A DNA stretch of 64,000 nucleotides, taken from assembly GCA_016215335.1 (NCBI GenBank), contig JACRKE010000037.1:2924-66923 (forward strand), given 5' to 3'. Made by a program: the position numbers and the translations under genes. This document shows positions 45,642-53,767 of this stretch, in pieces. The DNA is from Candidatus Vogelbacteria bacterium (lineage in GTDB: Bacteria > Patescibacteriota > Minisyncoccia > Phycocordibacterales > JACRKE01). Position 1 is the stretch's first letter, and each line of letters starts with the position of its first letter. Below the pieces are notes generated by a model that was not told the DNA's origin, made no database searches, and saw only the letters and a list, made by a program, of their open reading frames with translations.

Positions 45642-46163
45642 TTATACAAATCTAGACTGAGCCAAACACGTCAGACCAACCGCGATCGCGTCGTACTCGT
45701 CATCATGTTTGATTTGCTTTTCTATTTTAAGAAGTTTGTGGAGCATGTCGGTAACTTGTTTTTTGTCCGCTCTGCCGTAACTCGCGACTGCCAGCTTAAC
45801 TTCATTTGGCGCGAACTCTTTAAAGGTTAGACCATTGGAACTTGCAATATAAGTAACCATGCCTTTGACCTCGGCGACATTGAGAGCTGTCTTCTGGTTT
45901 GCCGCGAAAAAAAGTTTCTCAATCGCGAGTACATTTGGCTTCCATTTTTTTATAACTTTCTCAAGTTCTCGGCCTAATAATAAAAGTCGTTCGTTGAATT
46001 CAATTTTTGGAGTGATTACACAGTCGGAGTAGAGGAGTGAATCTTTTTGGGCTATTCGTTCAAGTACGGCAATCCCCATACGCTCGTAGCCGGGGTCCAC
46101 TGCCAAAACCCGGAGGGTTTTGGGTGAGTGAGTAGTTTGTAGTGAGTAGTTCCTAGTGAGCAC
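45642..46163 (-). CDS. ruvC: Crossover junction endodeoxyribonuclease RuvC
   Basis: VLAVDPG, AIEKLFF, GRADKKQV, DDEYDAIAV; N-terminus is repeat-derived. Confidence 0.95.
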   Translation of the reverse strand: MLTRNYSLQTTHSPKTLRVLAVDPGYERMGIAVLERIAQKDSLLYSDCVITPKIEFNERLLLLGRELEKVIKKWKPNVLAIEKLFFAANQKTALNVAEVKGMVTYIASSNGLTFKEFAPNEVKLAVASYGRADKKQVTDMLHKLLKIEKQIKHDDEYDAIAVGLTCLAQSRFV

Positions 46164-46214
46164 GGACTTATTCTACAACCTACAACCTACAACCTACAAC
46201 CTACAACCTACAAC
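46126..46214. repeat. Heptamer two-armed element with six perfect CTACAAC units
   Basis: gagtgag tagtttg tagtgag tagttcc tagtgag .. (ctacaac)x6 at 46173-46214. Confidence 0.9.
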
Positions 46215-46224
46215 CCGTCTTGGT

Positions 46225-46758
46225 CTATTCTGCCGCACTATGCCAAACGTCCTCAATATCCTCGTGTTCTTCGAGGAGATCCAAAAGTTCTCCAAGTTTT
46301 TCACCGTCTTCAGGCGAGAGAGGTAGTGGCGAGTTTGGCACCCATTCACCTCCGACTTTTGTAAATGCCCATGTGGTCGAACCCGAACCACCGAGCGAGC
46401 CTCCGTGTTCACTAAGCAGATGCTTTATTTCCGCATTTGTTCGATTTTTGCTGTCTGTGATACCGGTGATAATAATAGCGACACCTCCGGGTCCGTAAGC
46501 TTCGTACATTACTTCGGTTATTGATTCGCTTCCGGCACCCATGCCTTTCTGTATGGCGCGTTCGATATTGTCGTTTGGGAAATTAGACGCTTTCGCTTTT
46601 TCAATTACAGCACGAAGGCGAGGTGAGTTCCTATCGCCTTTTGCAGCTTTCGATTCCATGGCAATCTGTTTTGCAAAAACCGAAAAGATTTTGCTCTTTT
46701 TGGCGTCCTCGGCACCCTTCTTGTGCTTGATCTTTGACCATTTATTGTGACCTGACAT
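46225..46758 (-). CDS. yebC: YebC/PmpR family protein (short form)
   Basis: MSGHNKWSKIKHKK, YEAYGPGGVAI, TDSKNRT, LEEHEDIEDVW. Confidence 0.92.
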   Translation of the reverse strand: MSGHNKWSKIKHKKGAEDAKKSKIFSVFAKQIAMESKAAKGDRNSPRLRAVIEKAKASNFPNDNIERAIQKGMGAGSESITEVMYEAYGPGGVAIIITGITDSKNRTNAEIKHLLSEHGGSLGGSGSTTWAFTKVGGEWVPNSPLPLSPEDGEKLGELLDLLEEHEDIEDVWHSAAE

Positions 46759-46762
46759 GGTT

Positions 46763-46881
46763 TGTATATGGTATATAGTACATAGTATATAGGAAAACTC
46801 AATATTTTATTCAGCGAGGATTAATGGGTTGGAGTTCACTATATACTATGTACAATTTACTATATACTTTCCCCCTATATA
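46763..46881. repeat. Heptamer two-armed element between the ruvB stop and yebC start
   Basis: tggtata tagtaca tagtata tagg ... ctatata ctatgta caattta ctatata. Confidence 0.8.
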
Positions 46882-47921
46882 CCCATCCGAGTTTGTTTGT
46901 CATCAGGTGCTGGAAATCCAAGATGCTCGTATCCCTTCGACGTCGCCACTCGTCCTCTCGGCGTGCGCTCGATCATTCCTTGTTGGAGTAGAAATGGTTC
47001 GTACACATCTTCAATAGTTGCTTCTTCTTCTGATGTTGCAGCTGCAAGAGTGCTGACTCCCACGGGGCCACCGTTGAACTTTTCAATAAGTACTGAAAGT
47101 ATCCTTCTGTCAGACGCAGTCAGTCCAAGCTCATCCACTTCGAGCATATTGAGCGCTTCTTTTACCGTCTTTTTGTCTAGTTTTATTTTGTGTACTTGTG
47201 CATAGTCGCGACAGCGTTTTAGAAACTGGTTTGCAATGCGCGGAGTACAACGACTGCGAGCCGCGATCTCTTTACATGCATCGTTTTCAGTATCAACACT
47301 TAAAATTTCTGCAGAACGCCTTATGATTTTCTCTACTTCATCCGGAGAATAAAACTCCATGCGAAAAGTTCCTCCGGAAAAACGTGAACGAAGCGGGGAA
47401 GAGAGTAGAGCCATGCGTGTGGTGGCGGCAATTAGAGTAAACGGCGGAAGTTCGAGCTGGATTGTGCGCGCTGATGGACCTTTGCCAATAATAATATTGA
47501 GTACGCCTGACTCCATGGCCGGGTAAAGTACTTCTTCTATGGTTTTGTTTAATCGATGTATCTCGTCAATGAAAAGTATGTCTCCAGCCTGTAGGTTCGT
47601 AAGGATCGATGCAAGGTCTCCGACTTTTTCTACGGCAGGACCGGAAGTTACCTTCATTTGAGCGGAAAGTTCTTTGGCAATTAGATGCGCGAGGGTTGTT
47701 TTGCCAAGTCCGGGCGGGCCATAGAACAAAAGATGTTCCGGCGGGTGGCCGCGTTCACGCGCCGCCTGCAGAAGAATTTTCAAATTATTTTTGATGTTTT
47801 CTTGCCCGACGTACTCTTCCCAAACGGCGGGTCTAAGCGCGCTATCAAGAAAGCGATCATCCATCTGACCTTGGTTTTTCTCTTTGCTAGAGCCGTTTTT
47901 TGGCGCGCTACTGCTTGACAT
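46875..47921 (-). CDS. ruvB: Holliday junction branch migration helicase RuvB
   Basis: LRP..EYVGQ, GPPGLGKTTLA, FIDEIHRL, LYPAME, PLRSRF, RTPRGR. Confidence 0.97.
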   Translation of the reverse strand: MSSSSAPKNGSSKEKNQGQMDDRFLDSALRPAVWEEYVGQENIKNNLKILLQAARERGHPPEHLLFYGPPGLGKTTLAHLIAKELSAQMKVTSGPAVEKVGDLASILTNLQAGDILFIDEIHRLNKTIEEVLYPAMESGVLNIIIGKGPSARTIQLELPPFTLIAATTRMALLSSPLRSRFSGGTFRMEFYSPDEVEKIIRRSAEILSVDTENDACKEIAARSRCTPRIANQFLKRCRDYAQVHKIKLDKKTVKEALNMLEVDELGLTASDRRILSVLIEKFNGGPVGVSTLAAATSEEEATIEDVYEPFLLQQGMIERTPRGRVATSKGYEHLGFPAPDDKQTRMGI

Positions 47922-47943
47922 GTAAATTTTATTATGCTATTCT
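47915..47943 (+). promoter_or_regulatory. Near-consensus sigma70 promoter
   Basis: TTGACA-N17-TATTCT with extended -10 TG; overlaps the ruvB start codon on the opposite strand. Confidence 0.7.
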
Positions 47944-47949
47944 CGAACC

Positions 47950-48140
47950 AGTAACATTTATGCTCCAGAGTCTGAATCTCTAGGCGATTGAGTTTTACCG
48001 CTCACGGGTTTTGCTCTAAGGACGTTTCGGTTTCCACGCTTGTTCGCGGAAGTGCTTGGACTATCCTTAAGTTTCAACCTAACTCTTCTGTCTTTGGCAG
48101 AGGAGGAATCGCCTAGAGATTTAAATTCTCGAGTTTCCGC
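47950..48140 (+). ncRNA. Candidate structured ncRNA (6S-like size and rod shape)
   Basis: Closing stem aatctctaggcgatt/aatcgcctagagatt; inner pairings gagtt/aactc, taagga/tcctta; G-U wobbles favour the + strand; downstream of the promoter. Confidence 0.4.
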
Positions 48141-48279
48141 CATCTGGCGGATTGTAAAAAAGAACTCTTGTCCCGTTAGAGACAGTTTCCCATTATGGCC
48201 TTAGAAACGAGGTCTCAAATGGGGGCTTCTCCCACCCTAGCACTTAACTCTGTGGAAGCAAGTGGATACTAGTTCATTG

Positions 48280-49980
48280 CTATTTTCCAACTCCGTACAA
48301 ATCGACCACGCGGTCGAGTTCTTCAACTGATGTTATCCCTTTGAGCACTTTAAGCACTCCGTCTTGGCGCATATCGAGAATGCCTTGAGGTCTTGCCGCT
48401 ACAACAATGTCACGTTCGCTCGGGTTGTTTATAATTGCTGTCTCGACAGCTTTGTTAGAAATAATGGCTTCAAAGAGCCCAATGCGCCCTTTGTAGCCAA
48501 TGCCGTGACACGCCCCGCAAGTTTTACCATCCGCCGGCGGCACCCAAACTTTTTCAACAGTTGGAATTTTCTCCCCGGTTTCCGGCGCGATGCCTGAAAG
48601 AATTGTTTGGATAATTTTCCACTGATCAGCTGATGGTGCGACAGCGACTTTGCAAGTTTGGCAGAGGCGGCGAACCAGACGTTGCGCGATCGAGATACTA
48701 ATGGCTGAAGTAATAACTTTCGGGTTCACGCCAAGGTCAATGAGGCGGGGATAGGAGCCGGCTGCGTCGTTCGTGTGAAGTGTCGAGAACACCAAGTGTC
48801 CGGTAAGCGAGGAGTTTATAGCAATCTTCGCTGTCTCAGTGTCTCTGATTTCGCCAATCATAATTACGTCAGGATCTTGACGCAGTACCGAGCGGAGCCC
48901 TTCGAGGAATGTGTAGCCTTTCTCGTCATTCACCTGCGTCTGTTCGATACCTTTCACGTGGTATTCGATCGGGTCTTCGATTGTAATTATCTTTATCGCA
49001 GGGTCGTTGATTTTTTTCAGGCAGGCGTAGAGCGTTGTTGACTTACCGGATCCCGTTGGTCCTGTCACCAGCACCATGCCATTAGGCTTCAAAATTTCCT
49101 TGTTTAAAATGTCTAGGAGTTTGGAACCGAAGCCCATGTCTTCGAGCGCGATATTGAGTGACGCTGGGTTTAGAATACGGAGCACTATAGATTCTCCGTA
49201 CCCTCCCGGAAGTACGGAAGTACGGATTTCAAAGCTGTCGCTGTCTAAGTTTATTGTCAAACGTCCATCTTGAGCACTCTGCTTAACGTTAAGTTTCAAA
49301 CCGGAAATCAGCTTTACGCGTGAAAGCAACAGTAGATATATTTCCTTTTTGAAATCAGAAATGTCGTGGAGCACGCCGTCCAAACGAAAACGCAAACGCA
49401 CGGTCGTCTCTTGCGGTTCGAAGTGAATATCAGAGGAGTTCACCGCAATCGCACCGGCTAATATAATTTCCAAGATTTTTGAAATTCCTTGCCCCTGCTC
49501 TTTTTCAGAACCGACTATCTCTTCTATGTGTTCCTGTAAGTCTACAACGGTATGAATCTTGTCCATGAAATATTTCAGGTGTTCTGAAGATATCTCAATG
49601 AGGCCCGCCTTGGTGCTTAAAGCGTCAGACACTTCCTTGTACCTATCCCATGCTCGTTTTAGGCTCGCTGGGGACACCATGTACATAGTAACTTTGTAAT
49701 GGTCTCGGCTAAGGTCTTCAAGAATGCCGGGGATAAGTTCTCCGTGAGGCGATAATACTGCGAGGCTTAACTCTTTGCCTTGAAGTTGAAATGCTGCCAC
49801 TTCCGAGCGTCGTGCGAGTTCTTCGTCGATGACTTTAAGCGCGTCGGTATTTATGGAAGTCCTTGAGAGATCAGCATAGATAAGCTTGTATCTGGCAGCG
49901 AGGATCTGTGCCAGCTCCTCGGCCTCTTTGAGCTTGAGATCGTCTATTTTTTTTGTATTCAGTGTGTCGTCGAATGGCAT
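48280..49980 (-). CDS. pilB: GspE/PilB type IV pilus assembly ATPase
   Basis: SDIHFEP, QDGR, TGPTGSGKSTTLY, TIEDPIEY, LRQDPDVIMIGEIRD, GHLVFSTLHTN; likely start MPFDD at 49980. Confidence 0.9.
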   Translation of the reverse strand: MPFDDTLNTKKIDDLKLKEAEELAQILAARYKLIYADLSRTSINTDALKVIDEELARRSEVAAFQLQGKELSLAVLSPHGELIPGILEDLSRDHYKVTMYMVSPASLKRAWDRYKEVSDALSTKAGLIEISSEHLKYFMDKIHTVVDLQEHIEEIVGSEKEQGQGISKILEIILAGAIAVNSSDIHFEPQETTVRLRFRLDGVLHDISDFKKEIYLLLLSRVKLISGLKLNVKQSAQDGRLTINLDSDSFEIRTSVLPGGYGESIVLRILNPASLNIALEDMGFGSKLLDILNKEILKPNGMVLVTGPTGSGKSTTLYACLKKINDPAIKIITIEDPIEYHVKGIEQTQVNDEKGYTFLEGLRSVLRQDPDVIMIGEIRDTETAKIAINSSLTGHLVFSTLHTNDAAGSYPRLIDLGVNPKVITSAISISIAQRLVRRLCQTCKVAVAPSADQWKIIQTILSGIAPETGEKIPTVEKVWVPPADGKTCGACHGIGYKGRIGLFEAIISNKAVETAIINNPSERDIVVAARPQGILDMRQDGVLKVLKGITSVEELDRVVDLYGVGK

Positions 49981-49986
49981 ACGAAT

Positions 49987-50150
49987 TAGTATATAGTAAA
50001 TAGCATATGGTATGTAGGGGAATACACACATGTCAGGAATTTTCAACTTACAATTTTGCAGTTTTCAATAAATTTTTAATTTTCAAATCTTGAATTGCGC
50101 GTGGTTTTATAACTTTACGCTGAAAATTGAAAATCGAGCCTTGAAAATTT
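49987..50150. repeat. Two adjacent heptamer elements (TAGTATA type; AATTTTC/GAAAATT type)
   Basis: tagtata tagtaaa tagcata tggtatg tagg; aattttc aacttac aattttg cagttttc ... tgaaaat tgaaaat. Confidence 0.7.
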
Positions 50151-50222
50151 GCTCGGGACTTGTCCATTGACAGAGTACCTAAAAAAAGGTAGCATATAAC
50201 GTTTTAATTTAACACAAATTAT

Positions 50223-51035
50223 ATGCCCCAAAAATACAAACTTTTAAGTTTCGTAACAGCAGTTTTGATGCTTGTTTCCTTCGTGCGCGTAGCAGAGGCC
50301 GGAACACCTGCTTGTGGAACGTATGATCCTTCGTATGGTTACGGAGATTGCTCTACTAATCCCTCGACCGTTACCGGTACAAATAATGCAGGAATCAATA
50401 ACACTAATCGTACCGTTACCTACGACAATACCTACTACAACAATTCAAGTAACGTAATAGGAAATTTGCCTTGGGGCACGAGCAATAGTTCGTCTAATAC
50501 TACAAACACGGTATATACTCCATCAAACTATACGACTGTTACGTATTCACCAGCTCCAGCCTATGCCCCAGTAGCGAATTACGGTACTCCTAATTATGCG
50601 CCTTCTTACGGCAATATTCCTTACGGCGGGTATATGCCAACCTACAATTATGCTCCAAGTTATAACGACGGATACGGCTATAACTACGGGTACAACAATC
50701 ATAACTACTCAAACAATTCGGGCGGTAGCGACGCGCTGGATTGGATCTACGCGATTGGTTCACTTGCGAATATTTTCGGAGGTGGCAATTCGGGATATGG
50801 CGGAGGTTATGGTGGCTATGATGATTACGGTTATGGAGGCGGTTACGATGATTATGCCTACAACGGTGGTTATGATTATAATGACAGCTATTACGGTGGC
50901 TATGATGATTACGGTTATGGTGGCGGTTCAAGCTGGGATAACTATACAACGGACTATGGCACCTCTTGGAACTATGGCGGGGGATCGTCCTGGGATGACT
51001 ATACAACGGACTACGGCACTGGCTGGAACTACTAA
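50223..51035 (+). CDS. Exported Gly/Tyr/Asn-rich low-complexity protein with internal repeats
   Basis: Signal peptide (AEA); GGYDDYGYGGG x2 and SSWDxYTTDYGTxWNY x2. Confidence 0.75.
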   Translation: MPQKYKLLSFVTAVLMLVSFVRVAEAGTPACGTYDPSYGYGDCSTNPSTVTGTNNAGINNTNRTVTYDNTYYNNSSNVIGNLPWGTSNSSSNTTNTVYTPSNYTTVTYSPAPAYAPVANYGTPNYAPSYGNIPYGGYMPTYNYAPSYNDGYGYNYGYNNHNYSNNSGGSDALDWIYAIGSLANIFGGGNSGYGGGYGGYDDYGYGGGYDDYAYNGGYDYNDSYYGGYDDYGYGGGSSWDNYTTDYGTSWNYGGGSSWDDYTTDYGTGWNY

Positions 51036-51086
51036 ATAAATTGCGACACGATGGGTATTGACATAGTATTACTGGTGTGGTAGGGT

Positions 51087-51902
51087 ATGATTATGAAAAA
51101 TATATACATCAAAATAGCCTTATTTGTAAGCATAATTCTCGCACCCGTGGTTTCTTCGGCGAGCAATATGCTTGATCCATATCCGATAAACGCGAATGAC
51201 AATCGTTCTGTTTATAACGCATCAGTAACAACATCTCTTGCACTTGCAGGGCGTAATCAAAATCAGGTTTATACAACCATACCCGCAGTTACTCAACCCG
51301 CGCAAGTTACAATACCGGCTCAGACAATGTACACTACGAATACAGTACAAAATACAACACAGCCCGCAGCAGTTTATACTAATTACAGTAATCTATCAGC
51401 AAATTCAGGTATTCAAACTTATGTAGGCGTAGGAACAAATAACAATAGTTACGCGAACAACAATTACACTGTCGCACAGACAGCACAGCCTGTTTACGCA
51501 AACTACACAAACATTACACAGCCGAACACTGCTTCAAACAGTTGGACGTACAACCTTCCAAATCAGTCACTTGTGCCTGCATCAGTGGCGGGGAATCAGT
51601 ACGCTTTTTCTAATCAGAATCTCGTCGCCATGGATACGAGCTATAAATATAGTTACGCAAATTCTCTCCCAAGTTATTACGGAGCAGGTGCGACGAGTGG
51701 TGTGTACACAGTGTACGGAGGACAGAACTACGATGCCTCGAACATTTACAACAGGGGCTTAGCTCTCGCTACCGGCACAACTCACAATACAAACAGACCG
51801 AATATGTCAGGAGTATCATCGGGCGATTGGGTCCAAACCTCCGGGCTAGCAAACTCCAATCAGTATTCGAACAGGAGAGTGTCAGGGCATTTGCCTTGGT
51901 AA
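51087..51902 (+). CDS. Exported Asn/Thr/Tyr/Gln-rich low-complexity protein
   Basis: Signal peptide; TQPA repeats; TTGACA at 51058 upstream. Confidence 0.7.
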   Translation: MIMKNIYIKIALFVSIILAPVVSSASNMLDPYPINANDNRSVYNASVTTSLALAGRNQNQVYTTIPAVTQPAQVTIPAQTMYTTNTVQNTTQPAAVYTNYSNLSANSGIQTYVGVGTNNNSYANNNYTVAQTAQPVYANYTNITQPNTASNSWTYNLPNQSLVPASVAGNQYAFSNQNLVAMDTSYKYSYANSLPSYYGAGATSGVYTVYGGQNYDASNIYNRGLALATGTTHNTNRPNMSGVSSGDWVQTSGLANSNQYSNRRVSGHLPW

Positions 51903-51910
51903 AAGACTCC

Positions 51911-52004
51911 ACTCGCACCCTTTTCTGGGTACGGATATTTTCTTGCTAGAAAATTCCTCGTGCTCGCGCCGTCGCGCTCCCAAGTCCCAGAAAAGGGTGC
52001 GAGT
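51911..52004. repeat. 19-bp inverted repeat enclosing a structured spacer
   Basis: actcgcacccttttctggg / cccagaaaagggtgcgagt. Confidence 0.75.
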
Positions 52005-52017
52005 TCCGTCATTGCTT

Positions 52018-52070
52018 ATTTCAAAACATCAAAAAACTGTCTTCTGGGCAGTTTTTTGATGTTTTGAAAT
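52018..52070. terminator. Long AT-rich hairpin, bidirectional terminator-like
   Basis: atttcaaaacatcaaaaaactg / cagttttttgatgttttgaaat. Confidence 0.7.
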
Positions 52071-52215
52071 GGGCTTATCCACATCTAAAACTTGCAAATA
52101 GACAGGGGGGTTTGTTGCTTGACAGTTGTCAGCTAAATGTTATACAATAGGCTTGGAAAACTAACTAATTTTGGCCGATGAAACGGCCACGACATCGAGC
52201 TCTAGGAGGGCCACG

Positions 52216-53367
52216 ATGAAGTATCTTGAGAACCTTTTCAAACTATTTGTTCTGGTTTGTATTTCCGTGAGTTCGGCTGGTGCGGATTGCCATCCGGGCC
52301 ATGTTGGCAGTGCGGGCTCGACGTCTTCGACATCGAGCCCGAGGATCGTATCCGCCGCGAAACATAAAGCGGCGCGCCAACACAGGTCGGCCCCGAGATC
52401 GCGGGTGACGGAGGCGCCCGTGGAAGCCCCTGAAGCTGTTATGCACCGCTTCTCTCGGACAAGTTTCCACGTCAGAGACGAGTCGAGTGCTGGCACCGCG
52501 GCTCGCATGATTCGCGACTGGCTTGCGGGCAAGAGCTCGTCGAGTCCAATGCGGGCGGGTGTGACTCGTGAAGAGTACGCTGAAGCGCTCGGCTGCTCTT
52601 CGCCCGAAGAGGCAGCGCAGAAGGTGGCTGGCATGCACCTATACCACGTTGACATAACTATTACCCAGGATCTTTTCGAAATGGCCTACTTGGCCGCAGA
52701 CGAGAGGGTCCACTGGGCAAGTTATCGGTCAATGCCGGAGGGGACGTGGGCCTTGTTCGACAAGGAGTCGTCCATCGGGATTGACCTTGGCGACGAGCAC
52801 GACCCAAAGCGAGGGGGGTGCTTCAACCCTTTCCGGTTCCATCCGGAGGAGGTCGAGCATCAGGAACCGCCACCTGAGCACATGCACGTCGCCAAGGGCA
52901 ACATGCCGACTCAGTGTCGGCAGCGATGCTCGGAGGGCTTCATGTCTGCTCCGCCACGCCGGGTGCAGATTCGAGAAGCTCGACCACGCTACGCATCGGC
53001 GACCTATCGGCAGCCGCCTCCAAGGTTCGTGATGCGGCCGCAGTTCAAGCGGCGGCAGTTCAGGCAGTACAGGCCGCATCAGTACCGCGGTCCGCACTTC
53101 CGCCAGGCGCCGCCGCAGATGGTGCGTACGCGCCGTGGTCCGCCCCAGCCGGGACCTCAATGGCGCGGCGTTCCACGAAGTCCGGTCTATATTCCACCCC
53201 AGGCTCGTGGCGGACCGATGAACCCCTACAGCCAGCCGTTCAATCCGGTACCCCGGTCTGGCGGTGGACCGACGAACCCTTACGGTCAGCCATTCCAAGG
53301 TCTGTCTCGAGGTGGTGGGCCGGCGAGTCCTGGCGGAGGGTTCAACCCTCTGCCACGGAACTACTAG
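52216..53367 (+). CDS. GC-rich exported hypothetical protein with Pro/Arg/Gly-rich tail
   Basis: AGGAGG before ATG 52216, signal peptide, GGPxNPYxQPF repeats. Confidence 0.6.
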   Translation: MKYLENLFKLFVLVCISVSSAGADCHPGHVGSAGSTSSTSSPRIVSAAKHKAARQHRSAPRSRVTEAPVEAPEAVMHRFSRTSFHVRDESSAGTAARMIRDWLAGKSSSSPMRAGVTREEYAEALGCSSPEEAAQKVAGMHLYHVDITITQDLFEMAYLAADERVHWASYRSMPEGTWALFDKESSIGIDLGDEHDPKRGGCFNPFRFHPEEVEHQEPPPEHMHVAKGNMPTQCRQRCSEGFMSAPPRRVQIREARPRYASATYRQPPPRFVMRPQFKRRQFRQYRPHQYRGPHFRQAPPQMVRTRRGPPQPGPQWRGVPRSPVYIPPQARGGPMNPYSQPFNPVPRSGGGPTNPYGQPFQGLSRGGGPASPGGGFNPLPRNY

Positions 53368-53406
53368 AGAACCAGAACAAGAAGTACCCGAACTATCCCA
53401 AAACAA

Positions 53407-53444
53407 GAAGCCTTGCTTCCTAATGCATTTGGAAGCAAGGCTTC
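53407..53444. repeat. REP doublet (REPIN-like) related to the RAYT REPs
   Basis: gaagccttgcttcc-taatgcattt-ggaagcaaggcttc. Confidence 0.65.
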
Positions 53445-53643
53445 AAAGCCTGTTTGGCGGATAGTCCGGGCCAAACCCAAGGGCGGCGAGCACTTGCTCG
53501 CGGGTTTCAGTGGAAGGAGGACGATATGACAGCGAGAGAGCGCATGTCCCGCCCGACTTCCACTCTCTCATTAAGTTGTTGACTAAGGCTTAAAGTAAGC
53601 ATAGCCTAGTCGAGAACTTATAAGAGAATTCAACAGGACATAT

Positions 53644-53730
53644 ACAATTTCGTCTTTACGAAGCAATCGGGCCATGGCGGTCCATGGGTCTCAATTGCTT
53701 CGCGTTAGCTCGCAAAGACGTCCAAATTGT
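53644..53730. repeat. Second, decayed copy of the GTCTTTGCGAG..CGAAGCAATC palindromic element
   Basis: cgtcttt acgaagcaat .. attgcttcg .. ctcgcaaagacg; matches the arms at 6004-6081. Confidence 0.65.
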
Positions 53731-53767
53731 GAATCCTTCGAGCATATTAATGAGTAATTTAAACATT

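Noticed and set aside
46173-46214. Tandem repeats as a CRISPR array
   Set aside because: 7-nt units with no unique spacers and no cas genes; no repeat-spacer array seen anywhere in the window
47958-48143. 61-aa minus-strand ORF
   Set aside because: No recognisable motif; coincides with the long inverted repeat and the opposite-strand promoter
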